A stretch of 64,000 nucleotides of DNA, taken from Cenarchaeum sp. Lineage in GTDB: Archaea > Thermoproteota > Nitrososphaeria > Nitrososphaerales > Nitrosopumilaceae. Under the pieces are notes generated by a model. That model did no database searches. It was not told where the DNA came from and saw only the letters and a list, made by a program, of their open reading frames with translations. Both the position numbers and the translations under genes were made by a program. Of the stretch, positions 55,828 to 64,000 are shown piece by piece (within the stretch, counting starts at the first letter, position 1; the number at the start of each line of letters is the position of its first letter). Location: contig OY843584.1 of the NCBI GenBank assembly GCA_963692915.1, positions 32,001-96,000 of the forward strand, read 5' to 3'.

Positions 55828-58800
55828 CCGAACAGAAACTCTCTGTTCGGTTGCAGACGTGCAAGTCACTCGATGATGTCGTGAATGCATTTGTGGGCAT
55901 TGGGCTCAAAAAAGCCCACCGCCTCAGTTCTAGCGGCTATGCGCTTGCAATAACGTCGTCAGGTAGCGATTTTCTTAACATTGTGGCCGTGGATCAACTG
56001 CCTTCTTCGATTCAGCCTCCAGAAAAACGTGCCAATGTTCGGTTTGCGCTCTATGTTGACTCTACATTCAGCTCGTACAAATTCTTTGATGTGTATGCCA
56101 AAACTGGCCTGGGTATATCTTACTCATTCACAGCATCAACACTTGCTGATGGCTCAATCAACAACATTGCCACAAAGAAACTTGATGATGTGGCCTTCAA
56201 CAATCTTGATTCTTTTCGCGCTGTGGTCGGAACTACTATTGAAGAAGCGATTCAAAATTTTGAACAAAACCTCAAAGTAGTTATTGATTCATTACGAGCT
56301 GAAATCGATGATAAAATTAGCAAAAATAAAAATCTACAACTAGCTCTGGATGACACTGTATCTACATTTAGTGGATTTATAGGATCTGAATTTAAAAAGA
56401 ATGCACTCATTGAACTTTTAATCCAACATCTACTTACCAAGGACATATTCACTGCTGCATTTGGCCAAGGATTTCATCATGGTAATAACGTTGCAAAATG
56501 CCTTGACGTACTTGCAAAATGTTTTGACGATGTGCCAACTTTAGCTAATGATGCTTATGCTCTCAACGAACGCCGTGATGCTGTAATTCAAGTTATAGAG
56601 TTACACTCACTTGAAGATCGTCTCGAAATTATCAAATTGGTTTACGAGGCATTTTATGCCGTGTATAATCCTCAAGATGCTGATCGACTTGGAATAGTAT
56701 ATACACCTAAAGCTGCTGTTGATTTTATTATAAAATCTACTGATCTACTGATGGAAAAACATCTTAAAACTTGCCTTCATGACAAAAATACTCACATTAT
56801 TGATCCATGCGTAGGAACTGGCACATTCATGCTTTCATTGATTCAACATATCGGCACAAATCTAAACTCTAACTCAAAACATCTTGTCTATAAATATGAA
56901 AATGAATTACATGCTAATGAAGTTTCTATTTTGGCATACTATATAGCAGCTATGAACATTGAACGTATGTTTGAATCAATGTCGAATAACGCTAAAATTT
57001 TTCCGGGCATTGTGTGGCGTGATACATTATTATCTTTAAATCTCGATGATTTTCCCGTTCGCGGCAATGATAACATAGCTAGGATGCGTGCTCAACAAAC
57101 ACGAAAAATCACTGTCATAGTTGGCAATCCTCCATACAATGTAGGACAAAAAAACTTTGGAGATGGCAATCCAAATCCCACATATTTTGCAAATGGTTCG
57201 GGAGTGGATGATCGGATAAGCCAAACCTATCTTAAACACAGCAAATTTAAAAAACAGACACGTGATCTGTACAAACGCTTTGTTCGGTGGGCTAGTGATC
57301 GTATAGGCGACAAAGGGATTGTAAGTTTCATTAGCAATAACTCGTTTGTGCACTCAAATAATTATGATGGGATGCGTAAATGCCTGTCTGAGGAATTTGA
57401 CCATATTTATATTTGTGATCTTCGAGGAAATGCATATTATTCCGGCGAGGCCTGGAGAAAAGAAGGTGCTAAATTTTTTGGTTCTAAATCTAGAGTAGGA
57501 ATCGCAATATATTTTTTCATAAAAACTGGCCAAAAAAAGAAAAATCGATCTGCTAAAATTCACTATGCTGACGTTGGTGATTATAAAACCCGAGACGAAA
57601 AGTTTGATTGGATTAGCAACACAACAGTCACTAACATGAAGTTTCGATCAATTGTACCTAACCTCGACAATATGTGGATCGCCCCAAAAATTAATTTATC
57701 ATATCGCCGACTTGTTCCTTTAATTTCATTTCAAACTAAAAAGGGTGATGTTGAAAACGCCATTTTTCGTATTTTTGCAACCGGTATCAAAACTGCTGCT
57801 GATAGTTGGCAAATGGATTTTGACATTAATATCTTAAAGAAAAAACTTCATATGTATATCAGAGAATATGATGACTTACGTGTACGTTACCAAAACATAC
57901 TCGATAAATCAAAATTCGACATTTCAGATTATCTTAAAAATTCTCCTATTCCTTGGTATTCTGGATTTGATACAAAAGCAAGATCTGGCAAAGTCATGTC
58001 GTTTTCTAATCACCGAATTCGTTCAATCTTATATCGTCCATTTCTTACTAAATATTTTTATTATGACCTTGTTATGATCCAGAGAACTTCTCGCTGGCCT
58101 GACATTGTCAATTCTAACTTAGATTCTAACATTCCTAGCATATGTGTATCTGCTCGCTCTTCACGGCAATTTGAATGCGTGGGAGCATACGGATTTGTTG
58201 ATCATTCGACCATATCGAATTCTCAAAATATTCCATTATATACAATTGCAAATGATAATTCGAGAATAAGCAACGTGACTACATTTGGACGTACATTGTT
58301 TCATCGACACTATGAAAATTCTAAAATCACTGATGATGATATATTTTATTATTGTTATGCCGTACTGATGGATCCTCTATATATAAAAAAATATGGACCT
58401 GAAACTAAAACATTACATCCTCATATACCGCTTCATCCTAACTTTTTTGATTGGATGTCTATAGGTAAACAACTGTTTGAACTCCATGCTGATTATAAAA
58501 AACAACCACGCTATAACTTACATCCGGTTCATCATCATGGTGACCAGTCTAAGTTTATACTTAATCTCGTTTCTTCTAATGATGGCAAATGGAAAGCGCG
58601 CATCGATGAATCCTTTTCCATCGATGGAATCCCTGCTAAAGCTGCTAACCCAAAAGCTGGTGGATATGTTATTGGCGCTCGAACTCCTATTGGGTGGGTT
58701 TTGGAACATTATCAAAAAGCATGCAAAAAATCACCAAAATCATCAAAACCATCAATTCCAGTAAATTTGGATCTTTTAGATTTTGTATCATACCGCGATG

Positions 58801-59021
58801 AAATCATTGATCTTGTGTATCGTTTATGTACAGTCTCTGTAAACACTGAAGCCTTACAAAATCATATCTTGGCACTCCCACATTCGTTTACTCCTTGTAC
58901 AAAATCTTGTTGTAGCTCATTGTTAACCACAAAAGATGTGCTCACACATTCTACAAATACTACAATTACCAAAAAACGATCTTTTCGCACGAACAACACA
59001 TCTCAACAGGTTATACTATGA
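55824..59021 (+). CDS. Type ISP-like N6-adenine DNA methyltransferase with specificity domain, lacking the helicase
   Basis: RLGIVYTP, IDPCVGTGTF (motif I), NE-x4-AYYIA-x2-NIE, GNPPY (motif IV), RWASDRI, DLRGN, LYRPF and DIFYY-YAVL, as in the C-terminal half of LlaBIII-type enzymes. AT-rich. Confidence 0.88.
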   Translation: MTEQKLSVRLQTCKSLDDVVNAFVGIGLKKAHRLSSSGYALAITSSGSDFLNIVAVDQLPSSIQPPEKRANVRFALYVDSTFSSYKFFDVYAKTGLGISYSFTASTLADGSINNIATKKLDDVAFNNLDSFRAVVGTTIEEAIQNFEQNLKVVIDSLRAEIDDKISKNKNLQLALDDTVSTFSGFIGSEFKKNALIELLIQHLLTKDIFTAAFGQGFHHGNNVAKCLDVLAKCFDDVPTLANDAYALNERRDAVIQVIELHSLEDRLEIIKLVYEAFYAVYNPQDADRLGIVYTPKAAVDFIIKSTDLLMEKHLKTCLHDKNTHIIDPCVGTGTFMLSLIQHIGTNLNSNSKHLVYKYENELHANEVSILAYYIAAMNIERMFESMSNNAKIFPGIVWRDTLLSLNLDDFPVRGNDNIARMRAQQTRKITVIVGNPPYNVGQKNFGDGNPNPTYFANGSGVDDRISQTYLKHSKFKKQTRDLYKRFVRWASDRIGDKGIVSFISNNSFVHSNNYDGMRKCLSEEFDHIYICDLRGNAYYSGEAWRKEGAKFFGSKSRVGIAIYFFIKTGQKKKNRSAKIHYADVGDYKTRDEKFDWISNTTVTNMKFRSIVPNLDNMWIAPKINLSYRRLVPLISFQTKKGDVENAIFRIFATGIKTAADSWQMDFDINILKKKLHMYIREYDDLRVRYQNILDKSKFDISDYLKNSPIPWYSGFDTKARSGKVMSFSNHRIRSILYRPFLTKYFYYDLVMIQRTSRWPDIVNSNLDSNIPSICVSARSSRQFECVGAYGFVDHSTISNSQNIPLYTIANDNSRISNVTTFGRTLFHRHYENSKITDDDIFYYCYAVLMDPLYIKKYGPETKTLHPHIPLHPNFFDWMSIGKQLFELHADYKKQPRYNLHPVHHHGDQSKFILNLVSSNDGKWKARIDESFSIDGIPAKAANPKAGGYVIGARTPIGWVLEHYQKACKKSPKSSKPSIPVNLDLLDFVSYRDEIIDLVYRLCTVSVNTEALQNHILALPHSFTPCTKSCCSSLLTTKDVLTHSTNTTITKKRSFRTNNTSQQVIL

Positions 59022-62000
59022 CATCGATTAGTCCGGACACTTGGAAAAATTCTGATATTGTGGATAATGTTCATGTCACACTCAAGGACGCTTTTTCCCA
59101 AAGGGCAAAAAATGCCGATAAGGAGATATGCATCGCCTCGGGTTACCTCTATCTATCCGGATTCGTTGAAGTGGTGGACTCGTTTAATCCAAACTCTGGA
59201 GTGAGAATACTTATGGGCAATGAAACAGATATTGAGACTGCCGATGAACTGCATGCTGGCCACAAGGCGGCGTGTGACCGAGCCACTCGTCGTGATCTTG
59301 ACTGTGTGGAATCTGGCGATACGCGTCTCTCCAAGCTCTATCACATGGTGGCAAATGGCACTGCTCATGTGCGCATTTACACAAAATCGCGTTTTCACGC
59401 AAAAGCATACATCTTCACACGTGCCGATTCCGATGATGACAAGGCAATAGTTGGATCGTCAAATCTGACGTCATCCGGACTTGATTCTAACACAGAGCTA
59501 AATGTGGTTCATAAGGGAAGCTCTAACATCCATCTTCTAAAGGCATGGTTTGACGCAAAATGGGCAGAGGCAGAACCCTTTGATCGCTCTTTGCTCAAAA
59601 TTGTGAATGAGTCTGGCAAGCTTCAGGGCACTGCACCAGACTTTGTTGGGGTTCGTGGCCTCATTCGAGAGGCAGCAAGCGAGATATTGCGCACATATGG
59701 CCCGCTCAAGCGTCGCACTCGACATAGCATCGAGCCACTGGCAAAGTTTCAAGATGACGGTGCTGCCATGGTGGAGCGCTCCATCGACAAGTTTGGTGGA
59801 TCGATACTCTCAGATTCTGTGGGTCTGGGCAAGACCTTTGTGGCAATGCGTGTTATTGAAGACTATGCGGCCGATCATCCAGACGGGCGCATTCTGGTAA
59901 TTGCTCCCCGCAGCGCAATGTCGAACTGGAAATCAATCATAACCAGCGGTCAGTTTCAGGTGCGTCGATCCATCATAGATCTGCGCAGCACAACACAGAT
60001 CAGCAACTATGATCCTGAAGATAGCACCGATGACCGTGTGGAGATAGATCACCTGTCAGGGTGCGGCCTTGTCGTAATTGACGAGGCGCACAGGTTTCGC
60101 AACCCTGGCCGAAAAAACAGAAAAAACCTCGAAGAGATTGGCACGCAGGGCAAGCGCGTCATGCTAATCACGGCAACGGCGGTAAACAATTCGGTCAGCG
60201 AGCTCACCAGCCTGATTCGCATATTTACCGACGGCACCTCCCTCCTAAACCATGACAGCCGGATGGACATTGACTCGTTCGACGCATATGCACGTGCCCT
60301 GTACGACCCAAAGCAGGATGCCAATGAGATTACCAGGCTACGATCACAAATGAGCCTGATACTACGCACCATTATGGTTCAAAGAACGCGAAGTCATGTC
60401 AGAGGCCAGGTTATTGCAGGAAAGAGAATAGAGTTTGTGACACCCCGGGTGAGCACATATGACTGTGACAGCCTTGACGGTAAATTTTACTCAGAATTTG
60501 AGGCGGTAGTATCTGACATTAGCCTTCCGCATATGTATATCGTGTCTGAAAAAAAGGGCAACATTAGCGCCCTGTACAAGGTCATGCTCTACAAGCGCCT
60601 TGAGAGTGGCATTGTCGCGCTAGACATGTCGCTTGCGCGGCTTGTGCGATCGCAAGAAAAGCTACTCGCTGCACTGCAGTCAGGAAATCCCAGGGAGAGT
60701 GTTGAGCAATGGTGGAAGAGCTCGCGCCGTTCAGGCGTTGATGACGGAAACCTTGATGACTATGACGAGGAGATTGGCGGGGGCGTTCTTGGCAGGATAC
60801 GCTCCATGAGCGACAGTGAGATCATCACGCTCCGAGACGGCCTAGAGTGTGACATTGCGGCCGTGAGCAAGTTTGTCAATAGTCACATTGTCCCACGCAG
60901 GATGGATGGCGGCCTGTATTGCGATCCAAAGGCCGACGCATTTGCCAGGATACTAGGCACGCTGTCGGGCAAAAAGGTCCTCGTGTTCACCCAGTCCGTT
61001 GACACTGCCGAGTGGCTCGGACGTGTTTTGAAGTCGCAAAACCACCCATCATATGCGGTAGTGACCGGCCAGACGGATGATGACGTGCGCAATGACGTGA
61101 TTGAGAGGTTCTCCCCACGCTCCAACCCTAGAAAAGACGGCAACGTGGGGGAAGCAGGCGAGCTGTCCGTCCTTGTGGCCACTGACACGTTATCTGAGGC
61201 CGTAAACCTCCAGGACTGCTCCAACGTGGTCAACTTTGACCTGCCGTGGAACCCAATGGTCATAGTCCAGCGCGTCGGCAGAATCGACCGCATTGGCAAC
61301 CTTGGGCGGTCGCACGTTCACAACATCATGCCAAACGGGGCGCTCGAGCACTTTTTGAACCTTGTGGGAACGCTAAAGGGCAAGATTGACGGCATCATGG
61401 ACACGGTGGGCAAGGAGTTTCGCATACTAGACGAGCGCGAGCAGGTGGATCCAAAGCGCTTTGAGCAGCTGGTGCGCGACCATCCGGCCTATACGGGCGA
61501 CGTTTCCGATGCGGCCGAGAACATTGACTCAAAGGGCTGCGTGGTAAACGACATGACTGTGCCTGCGCGCACACGCCTCGAGATTCACGGCATGGAGATG
61601 TCCCACGAGGCGCCCAATGTCACTCCTTGCGCCGCAATTCGCGTGCCCGGCGCATCACGGACACTAGTGGCAATGTATCGAATATTTGACAGGGTGAACA
61701 ATGTGCCGCTCTCGGATGCCGTGGTGTCTGCCGATGTTCGAGATGACGGCACACCGGGACAGCTGCGTGAGGCCAATGAGGATTCCGAGGAGTGGCTTGA
61801 CATGTTTGACCTGATAGAGCATGACGGCGCCGCCGAGGTTGCAGCGCCGGATGGTAGGTCAAGGGATGCGCTGATACAGTTCAACAAGCTGTATGGTGAC
61901 ACCACATTTGAAAAACAACGCCTACGCTATAGTCGCCCTGGGCGTAAAATGTCTAGTGCAGAGCGGGCACTATTGTCCCGTGCCCTCCATATCGACAAGA

Positions 62001-62245
62001 CTGACGGAGACATTGTGGAAACCCTAGAGTCGTTTCCGTTCAAAGACATTCTGTTCAAAAAGGCGAACGCGACTCTGATGGATCACGCCATTGAGTGGAT
62101 CAAGGGTCGCTCAGACGACGAGATCTCAAACGTTGCACAAGACATCGTAACGCAAATTCACCAGAGTCCAGGATTTGTCCCAAAGCGCAAGACTGGCGAC
62201 ATTGACTTTAGGCTCGTTTGCTGGTGCGCCCATGAGCCCGCCTAG
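59018..62245 (+). CDS. PLD-family nuclease fused to SNF2-like helicase/ATPase
   Basis: FHAKAYIF and GSSNLT...N-ELN (PLD). DSVGLGKT, DEAHRF, TATAVNN, ATD-LSE-VNLQ and QRVGRIDR (SF2 motifs). Confidence 0.92.
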   Translation: MTSISPDTWKNSDIVDNVHVTLKDAFSQRAKNADKEICIASGYLYLSGFVEVVDSFNPNSGVRILMGNETDIETADELHAGHKAACDRATRRDLDCVESGDTRLSKLYHMVANGTAHVRIYTKSRFHAKAYIFTRADSDDDKAIVGSSNLTSSGLDSNTELNVVHKGSSNIHLLKAWFDAKWAEAEPFDRSLLKIVNESGKLQGTAPDFVGVRGLIREAASEILRTYGPLKRRTRHSIEPLAKFQDDGAAMVERSIDKFGGSILSDSVGLGKTFVAMRVIEDYAADHPDGRILVIAPRSAMSNWKSIITSGQFQVRRSIIDLRSTTQISNYDPEDSTDDRVEIDHLSGCGLVVIDEAHRFRNPGRKNRKNLEEIGTQGKRVMLITATAVNNSVSELTSLIRIFTDGTSLLNHDSRMDIDSFDAYARALYDPKQDANEITRLRSQMSLILRTIMVQRTRSHVRGQVIAGKRIEFVTPRVSTYDCDSLDGKFYSEFEAVVSDISLPHMYIVSEKKGNISALYKVMLYKRLESGIVALDMSLARLVRSQEKLLAALQSGNPRESVEQWWKSSRRSGVDDGNLDDYDEEIGGGVLGRIRSMSDSEIITLRDGLECDIAAVSKFVNSHIVPRRMDGGLYCDPKADAFARILGTLSGKKVLVFTQSVDTAEWLGRVLKSQNHPSYAVVTGQTDDDVRNDVIERFSPRSNPRKDGNVGEAGELSVLVATDTLSEAVNLQDCSNVVNFDLPWNPMVIVQRVGRIDRIGNLGRSHVHNIMPNGALEHFLNLVGTLKGKIDGIMDTVGKEFRILDEREQVDPKRFEQLVRDHPAYTGDVSDAAENIDSKGCVVNDMTVPARTRLEIHGMEMSHEAPNVTPCAAIRVPGASRTLVAMYRIFDRVNNVPLSDAVVSADVRDDGTPGQLREANEDSEEWLDMFDLIEHDGAAEVAAPDGRSRDALIQFNKLYGDTTFEKQRLRYSRPGRKMSSAERALLSRALHIDKTDGDIVETLESFPFKDILFKKANATLMDHAIEWIKGRSDDEISNVAQDIVTQIHQSPGFVPKRKTGDIDFRLVCWCAHEPA

Positions 62246-62763
62246 CGCAGAATTGCGAGTACGCGATAGCTATTCCAGTATGGTGTCACTCTGTTGCATG
62301 TGTGAACATGTGGCCTGCCGAGCTTTGTGGACTTCTTTCACCAAAAACGGTGTTATGCATACGTCGTGTCCATGGGCGAACATTGGCTCGTCGGGATGGC
62401 GGCTATTGCCTTTTTGTTTACATCTGCTAACCCACTCGTCACAAACACATCTCCGCCACAGACTGTGATGCCCGTGTCGGGCTACTTTGCAGGCAGCTCA
62501 TCATTTCAGCGCTCAAAGATCTCTTCTTGTGTGCTAAATTTGGTTTCCTCGTATGACTGTGCGTCCTGAGTCTTGAGGATCGGCTCGCGTATACGACGTC
62601 CGTTCTAGATACAATGATCTCCCGCCTTTGCAGAACGCCCGTAATGATGACGACAAGTCATACGTATCTACGATCGGTGAATGATTCAAACTTGTTTGTG
62701 TGAATGTTTCATGCATTGTGTTTGATCTTTGCTATTATGGAAGAATTTAGAATTTTATGAATG

Positions 62764-63603
62764 TTATAATCTTGTCTGCTTTGATTCTCTGAGCACATTC
62801 TTCTTACATAAATTCAACAGATTTATCCATGCTGTAGTACTCTGACCATCATGAATTTTTTCAAGTTGATTTTTGATTTTTGGATCTGTGCTAAAATTAC
62901 TTCTAATCACATTTTTTATCTTTTTCTTTAATTGATTGGTGATCTCAGTTGACAGTACCTTATGATATCTATGGTTGATTTTCAATATCTTTTCTATCGT
63001 TTCATCATCATCCATCTCTACCTTGATATCTTTTTTCCTGATTAATTGCACTAATCCTTGTAACACATACTGGTATATCACTGCGTCACTGTCTTCCGCC
63101 CCATAGGGATACTGGTCTGTGGGTTCTATCATGCCATCAAATGATATTGGGCTGGATATGGCTGCGTCTGTCTCTTTTACACCAAAAGTTCCAATTCCTA
63201 GTAAATATACATCATAAAAAACTATTATGGGAAGTTTTGTGTGTGATTTTATTCTTTCTATTCCATGAGAATTTATTGCGTATATAGCAGTGTGTTTTTG
63301 TAAGGGTGGATTTGTGCTTACCCATAGTTTCAGCGTGTCTATGTCTAACTGCGCATATCTTTCTTCTTGCTCTTTGTCTATGTTCTTGCCACTTTTACAT
63401 TCTATTACAAGCGCATGCTTATGTTTGTTTGATGCTGCAATTATGTCGGGTTTAACTGTTGCCTGTTTCTTGGTTATTAAGGTCTGCTCAATTACACTAA
63501 TCTTGTATCCGCATTTATGAAAAACATCAGGCCAATTGTTTTCTGGATAAAATAGTGCAATTGTCCGATTCATGAGTTTTGTGTGTGGTAAGGCTTCGAT
63601 CAT
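62764..63603 (-). CDS. Hypothetical protein with PD-(D/E)XK nuclease-like motif
   Basis: VKPDII...LVIECKSG...Q-x2-RY. AT-rich. Start overlaps the upstream stop. Confidence 0.65.
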   Translation of the reverse strand: MIEALPHTKLMNRTIALFYPENNWPDVFHKCGYKISVIEQTLITKKQATVKPDIIAASNKHKHALVIECKSGKNIDKEQEERYAQLDIDTLKLWVSTNPPLQKHTAIYAINSHGIERIKSHTKLPIIVFYDVYLLGIGTFGVKETDAAISSPISFDGMIEPTDQYPYGAEDSDAVIYQYVLQGLVQLIRKKDIKVEMDDDETIEKILKINHRYHKVLSTEITNQLKKKIKNVIRSNFSTDPKIKNQLEKIHDGQSTTAWINLLNLCKKNVLRESKQTRL

Positions 63604-64000
63604 TCTAGATCATCACATTTCGTTCTTGCATCATAATGGATCTGCAGATTTGTAAATAGTCGCATAATTGTATTGCCACAACTTCCCTTGTTTAGGTATA
63701 TGCGCATAGCCTCAGGTGTTATTTCGAAGTTTATCGCGCTTCCCTCATGAAGATCCACAGCTGGCACACTATATTGAAAGTCCTTGCGTTTTACTTTTAT
63801 TCCCCAGAGCTTGAAAGGTTTTCTTGCGTTAAACATTGTGTCTATAAACTGCTCTAATTTTTGGATCTTAGGATAGGTGATTATAATTGGCTTTCCTCCA
63901 TAAAACTTGGCATCATTTATTGTTTGTTCGCCCATTCCATATTTTTCAACACGTGTGATGAGTTTTGCATACTCATCTTTACAATTGTTTACCATGTGAA
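63600..64000 (-). CDS. Hypothetical protein (5' end probably outside the window)
   Basis: Open frame to the window edge. C-terminal PFKLWG...AVDLH-G...RIYL-KGSCGNTIMRLFTNLQ. AT-rich. Confidence 0.65.
   Translation of the reverse strand, partial: HMVNNCKDEYAKLITRVEKYGMGEQTINDAKFYGGKPIIITYPKIQKLEQFIDTMFNARKPFKLWGIKVKRKDFQYSVPAVDLHEGSAINFEITPEAMRIYLNKGSCGNTIMRLFTNLQIHYDARTKCDDLE

Noticed and set aside
62246-62763. Short ORFs between the helicase and the PD-(D/E)XK gene
   Set aside because: No recognisable motif in the frames I read. It may be a decayed gene, but that cannot be supported from sequence alone.
55606-64000. DISARM or BREX assignment, or a defined mobile element, for the right-hand island
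   Set aside because: No DrmA/DrmB (DUF1998), PglZ or BrxC genes are present, and no integrase, transposase or terminal repeats are visible within the window.

Overview
Archaeal chromosome segment. Gene content points to a GC-rich ammonia-oxidising archaeon of the Nitrosopumilaceae (Thaumarchaeota/Nitrososphaerota): type-1 Idi with Ipk and Mvk, TiaS, Tes, a Tkt-Rpe fusion, a stand-alone 5S rRNA and tRNAs with non-canonical introns. A sponge- or host-associated lineage is an inference from the high GC only. About 2.3-55.6 kb is mostly housekeeping: gltX, isoprenoid and lipid genes, ribosomal proteins, grpE-dnaK, rtcB, purB, ABCE1, non-oxidative pentose phosphate genes, a surface-glycan cluster with a sulfotransferase, tes, four tRNAs and the 5S rRNA. 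There are three AT-richer accessory stretches. (1) 1-1935: a DUF5131 (Gp37/Gp68) gene missed by the ORF track, paired with TcmP. (2) About 13.1-14.5 kb: small orphans, including a gene built of four 84-bp repeats. (3) 55.6-64 kb: a defence island with a helicase-less Type ISP-like N6-adenine methyltransferase, a PLD-nuclease/SNF2-helicase gene and a PD-(D/E)XK-like gene pair. The most unusual signal is a 73-codon ORF carrying an (ACTCGCGC)5 repeat. It overlaps both the upstream DtxR gene and the downstream methyltransferase by ATGA, which suggests a repeat-controlled translational-coupling switch. All assignments come from motif recognition by eye, and no database searches or counts were run.
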